From IMG/VR virus record IMGVR_UViG_3300031951_000003, positions 1 to 64,000 of that record: 64,000 bases of DNA; one strand, written 5' to 3'. The position numbers were made by a program, and so were the translations under genes. Shown in pieces: positions 20,101 through 28,675 of the stretch; position 1 is the stretch's first letter, and every line of letters begins with the position of its first letter. Under the pieces are notes generated by a model. That model saw nothing but the letters and a program-made list of their open reading frames with translations. It was not told the DNA's origin and searched no databases.

Positions 20101-22161
20101 ACTTGATGTTAATGATTGGTCTTGAGATATATCTTTTGGTTTACACTCGCAACCTTGGCAGTCTGGATATGTTAATACCGGTAGGGATATAACTTTTATT
20201 TTCTGACCTCGGAAAATTTGGTATATTTTATTTATAGCAAAAATAGATAATCCATATTTTATTGAAATTGCTAAGTTTTTCCCTGCAATTGCTAAAGTAT
20301 CTTTTGCTTCTGTAGTTTTTTGACCTGCCAAAAATTTTAAAGCAGCACCAGCAATAGATGCAACTCCAGTTCCAACCAAGTTTGCACCAGCCGCAGTTAA
20401 CTTACCAGCTTCAATATAAAGTTTAATACCTTTAATAACACCTTTTCCGAAAAGGTATAAATGATATCCAACTAAAGCCGCAAATAAACCAATAAGGATA
20501 TTTTTCAAACCCAACAAAAGATTTAAAAAGAAGACTATAAAATGGAGTGCAATTAAAAGTGGGATTGAAACAATCTGAAGGAGTTGAAGTAAAAGTGAGA
20601 CAATAAAAAATAAAAAGTCAAAGTTTTTGAACCCTTCGTTTACCGGAAATTTATTCACTGTGTCAGAACATGAATCATCATCAATTTCTTTGATTCCTAT
20701 AAACCTTCCTCTACCCCCATCTTTATATTGGTCTATCAAACCTGAAACTGTATAAACTCTATTATATTCGAATTGATAAAATGTGTCTTCACAGTTTATC
20801 ATCTCATTAAGTTTTGTTGTTGCGTCCTGAACAGAAAACCCGTTAGTATAACCTGACCAATCTAGCCCAAAATAATAAGAACTTTTTAGTTGATTTCTTT
20901 GTTGTAAAGGAGGGTTAACATTAGGATTGTTTGGGTCAACCGCAGTGCTACTCCAACCATACTCTCTAACGTTTGGAACTAAAAAATACGGTCTTTTGAC
21001 AGATTCACTTAGACTATTTGATTGTTGCCATTTAATTTTAAATCTATATTTTCCCTTAGTGGGAATTCCAATCGTTGGGTCGTTTGATAGAATTTTTTCA
21101 CCAAACTCGTTTGTGACTAAATAATCCAAATTCATTGGGAGTTCTACCAACCATACCCCATTTTCGTCTATTAAATTTCCACTTTGTTCCAATCTGTATT
21201 CTTCAAGAATTGGATTGCCGCTCAAGTCAGTATTAATTGTTTGTCTTACTGCAAGTATTTGACCAGGTCCTGCAACAAGTGAACATAGGTTACCGAAATT
21301 ATCTCTCGGTTTACCACCCCTTATTGTTATAGAACCTAATTTCAAATCGGGTCTTAACCTAAACTTGTCAGGTGTGGAATAAACCGAACCCATGAAAACA
21401 GAAGTAGGCTGTATGTCAATGTTTGCATCATCCCTCAAATCAAAATCAAGTCGGTTGATTGCTATTTGACAAACATCAGGGTCACCCCATAAAGGACTAA
21501 CTTCAATTGTTCTATTCAAATTTACAATTTGAGGAAGAGAATTCAAATCAGTTGAGCTTCTAAATCTATTTCCCGCCACTTGTGATTCCGTTGCCCTTCC
21601 AATTCTAATTAAATCTTGTGGTGTCAATGAGAATTCACCCATGTCCGACAAATCAACGTCCATCACAAATTGTTGATTACCAACCGGAACTCCCATTATC
21701 ATGTAGTCCCCACTTTCGTTTGTTTTTGCGGTAAATTTGTAATACCTATCGTATAACTCAACAACCGTAGACGCGGTCAATGCATCAAGCCTACTTGGTA
21801 AAGTTCCTGTAGGATTGTGTCCGCTATGTGACCTTTCGTAAGGTAGGAGATTGTATCGATATCCATCTTCATTTTTGTCTTCAGGAGACTTATAAGGATA
21901 TATACTTGAAATGATAGGGTTCGATTGGTCTACCTCAGTGATAGGAACAAAAACCGAGACCCTTGCGTTGGGTAATCCAAATCCGTTATTAGCAGTAACT
22001 CTTCCTACAACCACACCGTAATCAGCACAAGCTCTTATATAAACATCCGTTTGTTGTATTGTCAAAGACAGAATTTCTAAAAATTCAAAGTCTTGGTCGA
22101 GTTGAACATTAATTGTTTTGTTTACACCTAATTCGGTTCTTATTCTATAGGATTGACCCAT
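17107..22161 (-). CDS. Large baseplate-cluster protein with an N-terminal carboxypeptidase-regulatory-like beta-sandwich and an internal hydrophobic helical segment
   Basis: 1684 aa from ATG 22161. Motif GVVVGRVTANNGFGLPNARVSV...TNESGDYMIMGVPVG. Hydrophobic run FDFLFFIVSLLLQLLQIVSIPLLIALHFIVFFLNLLLGL. Confidence 0.7.
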   Translation of the reverse strand: MGQSYRIRTELGVNKTINVQLDQDFEFLEILSLTIQQTDVYIRACADYGVVVGRVTANNGFGLPNARVSVFVPITEVDQSNPIISSIYPYKSPEDKNEDGYRYNLLPYERSHSGHNPTGTLPSRLDALTASTVVELYDRYYKFTAKTNESGDYMIMGVPVGNQQFVMDVDLSDMGEFSLTPQDLIRIGRATESQVAGNRFRSSTDLNSLPQIVNLNRTIEVSPLWGDPDVCQIAINRLDFDLRDDANIDIQPTSVFMGSVYSTPDKFRLRPDLKLGSITIRGGKPRDNFGNLCSLVAGPGQILAVRQTINTDLSGNPILEEYRLEQSGNLIDENGVWLVELPMNLDYLVTNEFGEKILSNDPTIGIPTKGKYRFKIKWQQSNSLSESVKRPYFLVPNVREYGWSSTAVDPNNPNVNPPLQQRNQLKSSYYFGLDWSGYTNGFSVQDATTKLNEMINCEDTFYQFEYNRVYTVSGLIDQYKDGGRGRFIGIKEIDDDSCSDTVNKFPVNEGFKNFDFLFFIVSLLLQLLQIVSIPLLIALHFIVFFLNLLLGLKNILIGLFAALVGYHLYLFGKGVIKGIKLYIEAGKLTAAGANLVGTGVASIAGAALKFLAGQKTTEAKDTLAIAGKNLAISIKYGLSIFAINKIYQIFRGQKIKVISLPVLTYPDCQGCECKPKDISQDQSLTSSQSGLLSRFSDSIQYYEKLLASPYVQSFDEDSRDAVALAFASAAGGNDGDPFSRNSYKVMDSGDDGSIFIDGCPVDFFAYSNYLPLGERVNIFNTRKKYFDGVNRIKVTFNSPNNLVNHLDNTLTIFLSDKLETGTLLSFVNPLDTTDVNFNFTGNTPQTSGIYGQALNPGPSTYNVGYCDPNNPYSNLTTTYQLNRGSEITGYTYPADIEYYQVITALTINQAINLFGGAPDESLPQIVNSGTVIIGNNQKHIKILGICINTGWLNGYYTNEIPYSQIFQDYGNQYITILQRGVDPYSPTYVNKYGLGVLFGFNDPDALTLTAETRLNIPIQKLNSNIMSVQPFTQNGQSEIFYPSHFFRGGINNTTEIGKQWSAFTTFNVGYYSSLDRTTNPSGSLDFSNGVVSSPYNGAYSSIVTTPSQRVGKYNTAEDISGAAFFYVQESGRRPKDVEITYYTNVFLPSFTGNPMNISTNTLNVMRTDRLPSSDNLDGGTWTLNPALLQQNIGFAIYQISAYGEGAISVDAYSTGADITTADIVGQYSYTNVIDTLNLCSQIVSLKCYEGNGTTFKVNTGCTETDAVVSGCYQFLRRPLLDIGKDIRNFNEWAYRFRFNYGLCRGVLSQSFTNNWINGSLFMFPIQIDVFFDLNNKPLAPKYPSRLTYFDSDTNNFYFRSSPFLSGSTSSRFIGSPANTLGPQYSINSRNLLFPTTIINLGMKDSFYQEIIMEASAKAYVMSNLNPTSYSDTSDIVNLFVLSRITSATFLQQMLGLRDNSINSLFTRSSTVGIIQPKNRVDADLVQMMSINSEIGIVPFSTEFYPFDANDPNNAVVVLQTAGNNVMGIFFSSSTADLQIKDYISPGVINFRPASNANALTYPFGIKSQRVPFYQWGLEGGNSIFGTEKNNWKTNISDGIISYEYQSLSRRFTNAPSYFSGSYNNVSDIYQRGYIFAVNQNQQYSATAGTWTNNFMIGAPNQFYFGLVAGASALDKFKTKYSADE

Positions 22162-22175
22162 CAACTAGTTTTTCA

Positions 22176-22182
22176 ATAAATA
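22176..22182 (-). promoter_or_regulatory. TATTTAT upstream element
   Basis: 14 nt before ATG 22161. Confidence 0.65.
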
Positions 22183-22255
22183 GTTTAACTGTAATTTTCA
22201 AAGACGAAATCACACACCACTTAAAAATAAGTGAATTGATTACGAAATAAACTAA

Positions 22256-24094
22256 TTAAGAAAAGGTTACAGATTGGAAATTCTTAACTAAGATTTTGAT
22301 ATCTTTTGTTGGGTATCTAACTTGGTAAACCTGTGAGGGTTGTGCAAAGATTGTATTGTCTACAGGTTGTATCTGTTTTGTTTCTGGGTCTGAATATTCC
22401 ATTGACGTTTCGGCTGAAGAATATTGACCACCTACTTTATTAAAAACTTTTACGTCAGCAACTGTCAGAACTCCGTTTTGGTTTTGAACAATACTTTCGA
22501 GTTCAGATAAATTTACATTCTGACCCATTTCTCTTCCGAGTGGGTCCATGTATGCAGAGATTCTATCCACTACAGCGGTAATAACTTGTCCTGAATTTTG
22601 TGCGGAGTCGAGAACAATTGAAATTTCAAAAGAAAGGTCAATTACTTCTGCAGTCAAAATCGAAATATAGTCGTTCATCATTCTGTAATTAGAAAGATAA
22701 GTTGCAACATTTTGTCTCAACGTGTTTGAGACAATACTTGTTAGTTTTCCTGAGGTGTCATATGATAATAATTGGATGAGAATCTTATTATCATTTTCGG
22801 TAATTGAAACTTTGGCAGGTGCACCATATTGTGATGGCATTGTTCTTATCAATGATTCATAATCTTGAACCGTAACAGCTCTTTTTTGTGCCGAAAAGTT
22901 GAATGAAACATAGTTTCTAACCTCTTCTACTGTTGGAACTCCAGCACCTCCAACAGCTGCTGTTACGTTATTACATCTCAATGAGTTAACCACTGACGAA
23001 TTAGTCGATTCTGATGGTCCGTTAACATAAAACGAAACCGTTCCGATTTGATTGATTACATTTGTTCCCAAGTTTGTTGCCAATCCACCACCGATTCTAT
23101 ATTGAATAAACAGTGTCGAATTAGGGACTAAAGCCGCACCCAAAGACATATTATTAGAGTATCTTTGTATTTCAGCAGTCAAACCTAAAGTTGTAAATTC
23201 ATCTAATGCATCTTGTGCGGTATTTGTTCCGCCTCCGAAAGTTAATTTTTTGAATCCTTCGGCTGTGTATTCTGAAATAAACCTATTCTGAGTTTGAATA
23301 TATCTTCCTACTTTTATACCAGGCTGGTCTGAAACTTTGGTCGGGTCTTCAACAAAGATTCTGTCTTCGGCCAATGAGTCAACTTCATACCACCTATTCT
23401 GTGCCCCCAAGAATTCAGCAACTGAAGGGATGTTAGTATATTCAGTTCCATTTTTCAACAATACACTTGTGATACCTAGAACATTTTTTTCAGGTAGGAA
23501 TAACTCTAAGAATGGTCTTACATCATTCGGGGTAATAACCCTTTTGAAAACCTTTGTAATACCATTTACGACAAGTTCTCTCTTGGTAATTGTATAATTT
23601 ATCAAGACATTGTTTGCGTTGAAATTTGGTATCTTCAATCTGTTTGGAAAACCTTGAGAGTTGTATGGTGATGCAAAATCAATATCATTAATATTTTCAA
23701 AAACAATCCCACCACCGGTAAACTGTGAACCTCTCGTTAAAACTCCGAGGTATCTTTCATCTTCTTTGTCTCCAAAGGCTGGAACGGTAATTGAAAAGTC
23801 AACAAGTGCAACTGAAGGTCTTTGACCAGGAACCTTTAATCCATAAGTTCTTGCTATGTTATAAACAGATGACCTTTGTTGTGCGTATTGTAATACTGTT
23901 TCTTGAATACTTCTATCGATATTGTAATGTAAATTGTCGGCAATCGCGGCATTCATGTCTAAGAACACTGAAAAAACAGATGCATCATTAAAGTCCTGAA
24001 TTAATTCAGGGTAGAATGTTCTGACGTAATTAAGAAGCTCGGTTCTTATTGCTTGATAATCTCTTGTAGTATATGATATTTTTCTGTTCGCCAT
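22256..24094 (-). CDS. Baseplate wedge protein, J / T4 gp6-like
   Basis: Motifs SYTTRDYQAIRTELLNY, ETVLQYAQQRSSVYNIARTYG and RAVTVQDYE. Adjacent to gp25. Confidence 0.88.
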   Translation of the reverse strand: MANRKISYTTRDYQAIRTELLNYVRTFYPELIQDFNDASVFSVFLDMNAAIADNLHYNIDRSIQETVLQYAQQRSSVYNIARTYGLKVPGQRPSVALVDFSITVPAFGDKEDERYLGVLTRGSQFTGGGIVFENINDIDFASPYNSQGFPNRLKIPNFNANNVLINYTITKRELVVNGITKVFKRVITPNDVRPFLELFLPEKNVLGITSVLLKNGTEYTNIPSVAEFLGAQNRWYEVDSLAEDRIFVEDPTKVSDQPGIKVGRYIQTQNRFISEYTAEGFKKLTFGGGTNTAQDALDEFTTLGLTAEIQRYSNNMSLGAALVPNSTLFIQYRIGGGLATNLGTNVINQIGTVSFYVNGPSESTNSSVVNSLRCNNVTAAVGGAGVPTVEEVRNYVSFNFSAQKRAVTVQDYESLIRTMPSQYGAPAKVSITENDNKILIQLLSYDTSGKLTSIVSNTLRQNVATYLSNYRMMNDYISILTAEVIDLSFEISIVLDSAQNSGQVITAVVDRISAYMDPLGREMGQNVNLSELESIVQNQNGVLTVADVKVFNKVGGQYSSAETSMEYSDPETKQIQPVDNTIFAQPSQVYQVRYPTKDIKILVKNFQSVTFS

Positions 24095-24099
24095 CTATT

Positions 24100-24570
24100 T
24101 TAAATATTGACAATTATAAAATCACTTTGACCAAACGCATTCCTTTCGGTTGAATAGTCAATTCTTAATTTTGCGGTATATTCAGAAGTCCCTTTACCCG
24201 GGAAACGATATATTGATATATCACCAGGACCTGCGATGTTTGGAGTATTGGCTGAATCGATTTCCTCTTGGATATCAGCAGGTTCTATTGTTATATTATT
24301 CAAAAGTAACTCTGGCATAAATTGGGAAACCGCATCTCTGATATCTGATTCGATTGCTGCAAATGTCAACCCATCGAAAGGTTCAAATATAAATTCATAA
24401 AGTCTCGTTCCGAATTCTGGTAGAAAATATCTCGAACCCTTTCTTGTAAGAATTAAATGTAGAAGGTCAGCTTTGATTTCCTGAGCCTCAAATTCAGTAA
24501 GTGCTAAGTAGTCTCCTTTCCTCGAATCCCTAAAGGGGAAATTTATACCATATGTAATTCCATCTGCCAT
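24100..24570 (-). CDS. gp25: Baseplate wedge subunit, gp25/GPW family
   Basis: YGINFPF...IKADLLHLILTRKGSRYFLPEFGTRLYEFIFEP. Confidence 0.9.
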   Translation of the reverse strand: MADGITYGINFPFRDSRKGDYLALTEFEAQEIKADLLHLILTRKGSRYFLPEFGTRLYEFIFEPFDGLTFAAIESDIRDAVSQFMPELLLNNITIEPADIQEEIDSANTPNIAGPGDISIYRFPGKGTSEYTAKLRIDYSTERNAFGQSDFIIVNI

Positions 24571-24575
24571 ATTGT

Positions 24576-24582
24576 ATAAATA
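24576..24582 (-). promoter_or_regulatory. TATTTAT upstream element
   Basis: 5 nt before the gp25 ATG. Confidence 0.65.
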
Positions 24583-24590
24583 TAGTTGGA

Positions 24591-24779
24591 TTATTTTTTT
24601 AATATAGTATTTCCTCTTTCAGCTCTCGGTTCGAATGGACAATGTCTACAATTATTTCCACAACAATATCCTCTGTTAGTGTGATAATTCTCTGTGAACA
24701 CTATTCTACCGTTCTCTTCGTAGAAATAAGAAGGGTCAAGTTTTTTAGGCTCGACCCTTTTATCTTCATTATTTTTCAT
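24591..24779 (-). CDS. Small Cys-rich protein, DUF5522-like
   Basis: YFYEENGRIVFTENYHTNRGYCCGNNCRHCPF. Starts 3 nt after the RNR stop. Confidence 0.75.
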   Translation of the reverse strand: MKNNEDKRVEPKKLDPSYFYEENGRIVFTENYHTNRGYCCGNNCRHCPFEPRAERGNTILKK

Positions 24780-24782
24780 AGG

Positions 24783-26645
24783 TTATACCAATGTAATCTC
24801 ACAAGCTCCTCCAGCACATGCTAGTTCTCCACTTAAATCAGTATCATCATCATTTTCAACAATTTTTGACAAATCAACATCTTTTAGCGTTTGTAATAGC
24901 TCTTCGTATTTTTCTTTTGTGCAATCTTCAAAAGGTGCTTGAATATATGTTCCACCATTGTAAGGTAAAACTGAAAGTCCATTATAATGTTCCTTATTTT
25001 CCCACATCCATTCACCAACTGCCGGCCATTCATGTTCACGAATAGAAACTGTTGCAGATACGTTATGTGCATTTGAACCATTTCTATGACCTGGTTTAAT
25101 CCATTCTTGTTGAACCTTTTTAACTCTTTCTAAGAGTTGAATGGGTGATTCATTTCTTAAGATAGACCCTTCAGGTGCCTTTTGTGGTATACTAATAACT
25201 GCAGTGTCATGTGGTCTGAAATATTCATCTTCAACAAGTTCAGGATGATTATTCTTTAGGTGTGTGTATATTGCTTCGTTTTTACCAACTCTAACTCTTC
25301 TGATATAGTAATCGTTATGCCATGCGTGAATACCTGATGAAGTTCCAAGTGTTAGTGAGGTAGTTCCTGCCGGTTTTACTGTTGTGGTTCTAGCCGACTT
25401 ATTAATACCAATTAGGGATGTTACTCTTTCATTTTCTTCTTTTACCACTTTAGCCGCTGATTTCATGTTGAGACCCATAACCGCTCCTGAGCCAATTCCT
25501 GTCATTGAGATACCAATAAGGGCATCTTTTTCTGTAGTTCTTTGCCAAATTGGTCTTAGATAATGGAAATCAGTATATCCTGCCTGAAGAGTGCCAATGA
25601 AAGAAGCAGCCTTAACTCTATCTTCGTAATCTTCTTGAGATACGACATTTGAAACGTTCACTTCAGTCAAGTTACAGAATTGGAAAGGACGAAGTGCAAT
25701 TTCACAACATGGGTTAGTTCCCCAATCTTTGTCATTACTTAAGTAGATACCAGGTTCGCCAGCACCACTTGCTTCGATTCTTTTCCAAAGGTCCATAAAA
25801 TAGTCCTTTGTAATTTTGTGTCTCATCAATACTGCTGAGTTATTAGCTCTTCCTCTTTGTGGATTTTGTTCCCACCAAGCACCACTTTTACAACCAATCA
25901 TATCTTCATCAGTTGCTGAGAATAAACAAATCAAAGCCGCTCTTCTGATACCACCAGCTAACACTGCGTCCGCAATGTGACATACCATGTCATGAACTTC
26001 GATTGGAGTTAATTTTTCTCCATCTTCTTTCGCTTCTAAAATACCTTCTAATTTGATTAGACATTCTTTCAGTGGTTGAGGACCAGGAGCCTTACCACCC
26101 GATGTTACAAGTCTAGCACCTTTTGGTCTGATATCACTATAATCAAACTCGATATGAGAACCACCAAAGAAGTATGACTTGACTAATACTTTAACAGCAT
26201 CAGCCCATCCCTCGATAGAGTCTGCAACTAACCATCTTCTACCTCTCTCTTTATTTGGTTTTCTAACCTCAGGTAACAACTCAACATGGTGTTTTTGAAC
26301 TGAGTATCCAACACCTGTTCCACCTAAGAGTAAGAACATGATTTCAGAAAATACTCTCCAATCATCAATCGGTGCAAATGCACAGTTGTAAATTCTGTTT
26401 GGAGAAATTTCAATGGGTTTACCTGCAAATTGCATTGACCTCATTGAAGGAAGAACTTGTTTTCTATAAACGTATTTATAGTTCTCTCTGATTTCTTCTT
26501 CTAGTTTGGGATACTTTTTGATATGCATCTCCATGTTTCTTGTGACTAATTCTTGCCACGTTTCTCTTCTCTTAAGTTCGGGAATATACTTAGCATACTT
26601 CATGTATACTGTAATCTCCGATAAAATCCTGTTCGAAATGTCCAT
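24783..26645 (-). CDS. nrdJ: Class II (adenosylcobalamin-dependent) ribonucleoside-triphosphate reductase, monomeric type
   Basis: Motifs NCAF, GGIRRAALI, TNPCCEI, CNLTEVN and TTVKPAGT. C-terminal LACAGGACEI redox Cys pair. No ATP cone. Confidence 0.93.
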   Translation of the reverse strand: MDISNRILSEITVYMKYAKYIPELKRRETWQELVTRNMEMHIKKYPKLEEEIRENYKYVYRKQVLPSMRSMQFAGKPIEISPNRIYNCAFAPIDDWRVFSEIMFLLLGGTGVGYSVQKHHVELLPEVRKPNKERGRRWLVADSIEGWADAVKVLVKSYFFGGSHIEFDYSDIRPKGARLVTSGGKAPGPQPLKECLIKLEGILEAKEDGEKLTPIEVHDMVCHIADAVLAGGIRRAALICLFSATDEDMIGCKSGAWWEQNPQRGRANNSAVLMRHKITKDYFMDLWKRIEASGAGEPGIYLSNDKDWGTNPCCEIALRPFQFCNLTEVNVSNVVSQEDYEDRVKAASFIGTLQAGYTDFHYLRPIWQRTTEKDALIGISMTGIGSGAVMGLNMKSAAKVVKEENERVTSLIGINKSARTTTVKPAGTTSLTLGTSSGIHAWHNDYYIRRVRVGKNEAIYTHLKNNHPELVEDEYFRPHDTAVISIPQKAPEGSILRNESPIQLLERVKKVQQEWIKPGHRNGSNAHNVSATVSIREHEWPAVGEWMWENKEHYNGLSVLPYNGGTYIQAPFEDCTKEKYEELLQTLKDVDLSKIVENDDDTDLSGELACAGGACEITLV

Positions 26646-26672
26646 TTTTTGTAGTTTTTGTTGTGTAAGTTT

Positions 26673-26702
26673 TTATCAAAAAATCGTCGATTTTTATGAT
26701 AA
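26673..26702. promoter_or_regulatory. Imperfect palindrome upstream of nrdJ overlapping the TATTTAT element
   Basis: ttatca-aaaaatcg-t-cgattttt-a-tgataa. Confidence 0.5.
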
Positions 26703-26705
26703 ATA
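26699..26705 (-). promoter_or_regulatory. TATTTAT upstream element
   Basis: 53 nt before the nrdJ ATG. Confidence 0.5.
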
Positions 26706-26706
26706 T

Positions 26707-26729
26707 GCGGTCGAACACTTTCCGACCAC
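26707..26729 (-). terminator. GC-rich hairpin between the helicase and nrdJ
   Basis: - strand gtggtcgg-aaagtgt-tcgaccgc (8-bp stem with two G-U pairs), followed by atatttat. Confidence 0.4.
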
Positions 26730-26779
26730 AAAATTAATTAAAAAAAAATAAGTTTTTTTGTTATAAAGTAGATATTTAA

Positions 26780-28159
26780 TTATGGATTTTTTTGTTGCTC
26801 TCTTTCTTTTCTTTTCTCGAGAAGCTCCTTAACTCTATCTCTTTTTCTTTCTTCTTGTTGTTCTTCAAAACCTAAGAAGGTTACAGATGATTCCGTATCT
26901 ATTTCAAGTAATTCGTTGTTGAATTTACAGTTTTCGAATACAACACCATCTTTACCTAAACGAGACTTAGTAATTGCAATAGTTGCTAAGTTCATTTCTT
27001 TTTGTTGTAGTGTTTTTGCCACGGTTATGATGACGTGACCGACTTGGGCTTTCTTAATTGAACCTCCCATTTGGTCAGTAGTAACAACCTCAGATGAGAT
27101 TGAACTTCTATTACCTTGGGTTGCTGTCCAACCAGCTATGTCAAGTTCATGACACATGGCTTCGAATGCTCTCATAATTGAACCTTCGGCTTTCCATTCG
27201 TCTTTAGCACTTGATTCTGGTAGAACACAATCAATATAGTCCATTACTATCATATCAATCCTTGTTCCATCCGCTATCATTTTTCTGACCTGATTCTTTA
27301 TTTGATTCATGGTCATTGTATCTGAAGCTAATTTCTTAAGAACTAATTTGTTTTGCATCGTTTCCTTAATCTCAGTAATTTTTTCCATAACTTTTTCTTT
27401 ATGGAAAACCAAGTTATCGGGTTCTATGCCAGTCCAAATGGTAAAATGTTTTCTTTGGATAATTTTTGGGTTGTCCTCAAAAAATATTTGAAGAACGTTA
27501 TATCCCATATTGAAAGCTGTATTAGAAATTTTTGTGAGGACGGTTGTCTTACCAACACCTGTTGGTGCCAAGATAACACCAATCTCACCTTTCGCTAAAC
27601 CACCTTTGAGTAGTTTGTCAATTCCTGCAATACCCATTGGAATTGGGTGTCTATAATCTTCAACAAGAACATTTTCCAAATCGTTGAATACGTCTGATTG
27701 TCCTTTCTCGATTTCACCAACTTGAAGAGCCTCTCTAACAAGACCTTCGACTTTATCGTAGGATTCGAAATCACCCTCAGTGATTATCTTTTGTGCCTTG
27801 TCCATTGCTTTCTGTAACTCTTGTTGTTTACAGAATTTCAATGCCTTCTCTTGAACGAACTGAGTTCCTTCTAATGGTGCATCTTTTACTTGATTGAGAG
27901 TATCTAAAACAATTTTAGCTACAAGTTCTTGACTAACCTCGGACTTTATAATTTGTTCTAAAGTTTCGAAGTTTGGTGTTGATTCATATTTTACATAATA
28001 CTCTTTAATCATTTGAATAATGATTTTAAAGTATTTGTTATCGAAATATGAACTCTCAATAACATCCAAGATTGAACTTGAAAAGTCCTTATCAAGGATT
28101 ATTTGATTTATTAATTGTATCTGAAATGTATTACCTAAGTAGTCAAAATTCTTATTCAT
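26780..28159 (-). CDS. dnaB: Replicative helicase, DnaB / T4 gp41-like
   Basis: Walker A APTGVGKT, Walker B MIVMDYID, ATQGNRS, ITKSRLG. Confidence 0.92.
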   Translation of the reverse strand: MNKNFDYLGNTFQIQLINQIILDKDFSSSILDVIESSYFDNKYFKIIIQMIKEYYVKYESTPNFETLEQIIKSEVSQELVAKIVLDTLNQVKDAPLEGTQFVQEKALKFCKQQELQKAMDKAQKIITEGDFESYDKVEGLVREALQVGEIEKGQSDVFNDLENVLVEDYRHPIPMGIAGIDKLLKGGLAKGEIGVILAPTGVGKTTVLTKISNTAFNMGYNVLQIFFEDNPKIIQRKHFTIWTGIEPDNLVFHKEKVMEKITEIKETMQNKLVLKKLASDTMTMNQIKNQVRKMIADGTRIDMIVMDYIDCVLPESSAKDEWKAEGSIMRAFEAMCHELDIAGWTATQGNRSSISSEVVTTDQMGGSIKKAQVGHVIITVAKTLQQKEMNLATIAITKSRLGKDGVVFENCKFNNELLEIDTESSVTFLGFEEQQEERKRDRVKELLEKRKEREQQKNP

Positions 28160-28198
28160 AAACTCTCTGTGATTCCCCCCTTATAATTTAAATAGTCC

Positions 28199-28648
28199 TT
28201 AGATAAGGTCAAATTCCAAATACTCGTGAGTTAATTTTTTTGCTGAAAAAATGTCAGTTAATTCTCTAAGTAATTCTTTCAAGAATGGTCTTACGTCAAC
28301 TGTATAACGAACTTTTGGTGGATAAAGTTTTCCATCAATTCTTCTATGACAAATTGTCGTGTCGCCCAACTTGACATAAAGGTTGAAAAATTCAGGACCT
28401 TCTGTGAACGATGTTTCCATAATTGCTGGATTATCATTGATGGCGTCCTTGTTATCCATCATGTAAATCACAGTCTTCATTTTTAGATAATAATGGAGTT
28501 CCTCACTGAATGCCTTCATGAATCCATAAAGTTCCATAGAGTTCTTAGCTTTCGGGTTGTAACCACGAACATTAAAAAACCTCTGAACAACAATGTTTTC
28601 ATTGAGGGTCAATAGAAATTCCATTTTTGTGCTGTCTTGCTCTTTCAT
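28199..28648 (-). CDS. Hypothetical protein in the replication block
   Basis: 149-aa ORF filling the gap between the oxygenase and the helicase. Confidence 0.75.
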   Translation of the reverse strand: MKEQDSTKMEFLLTLNENIVVQRFFNVRGYNPKAKNSMELYGFMKAFSEELHYYLKMKTVIYMMDNKDAINDNPAIMETSFTEGPEFFNLYVKLGDTTICHRRIDGKLYPPKVRYTVDVRPFLKELLRELTDIFSAKKLTHEYLEFDLI

Positions 28649-28675
28649 GTTTGTTTAATTTTTGTTTGTATTTGC

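Noticed and set aside
22218-22233. CACTTA-AAAA-TAAGTG hairpin as a terminator
   Set aside because: The 6-bp AT-rich stem is too weak to call.
26646-26779. Cobalamin riboswitch upstream of nrdJ
   Set aside because: The gap is only 134 bp, very AT-rich, and shows no recognisable B12-box or multi-stem core.
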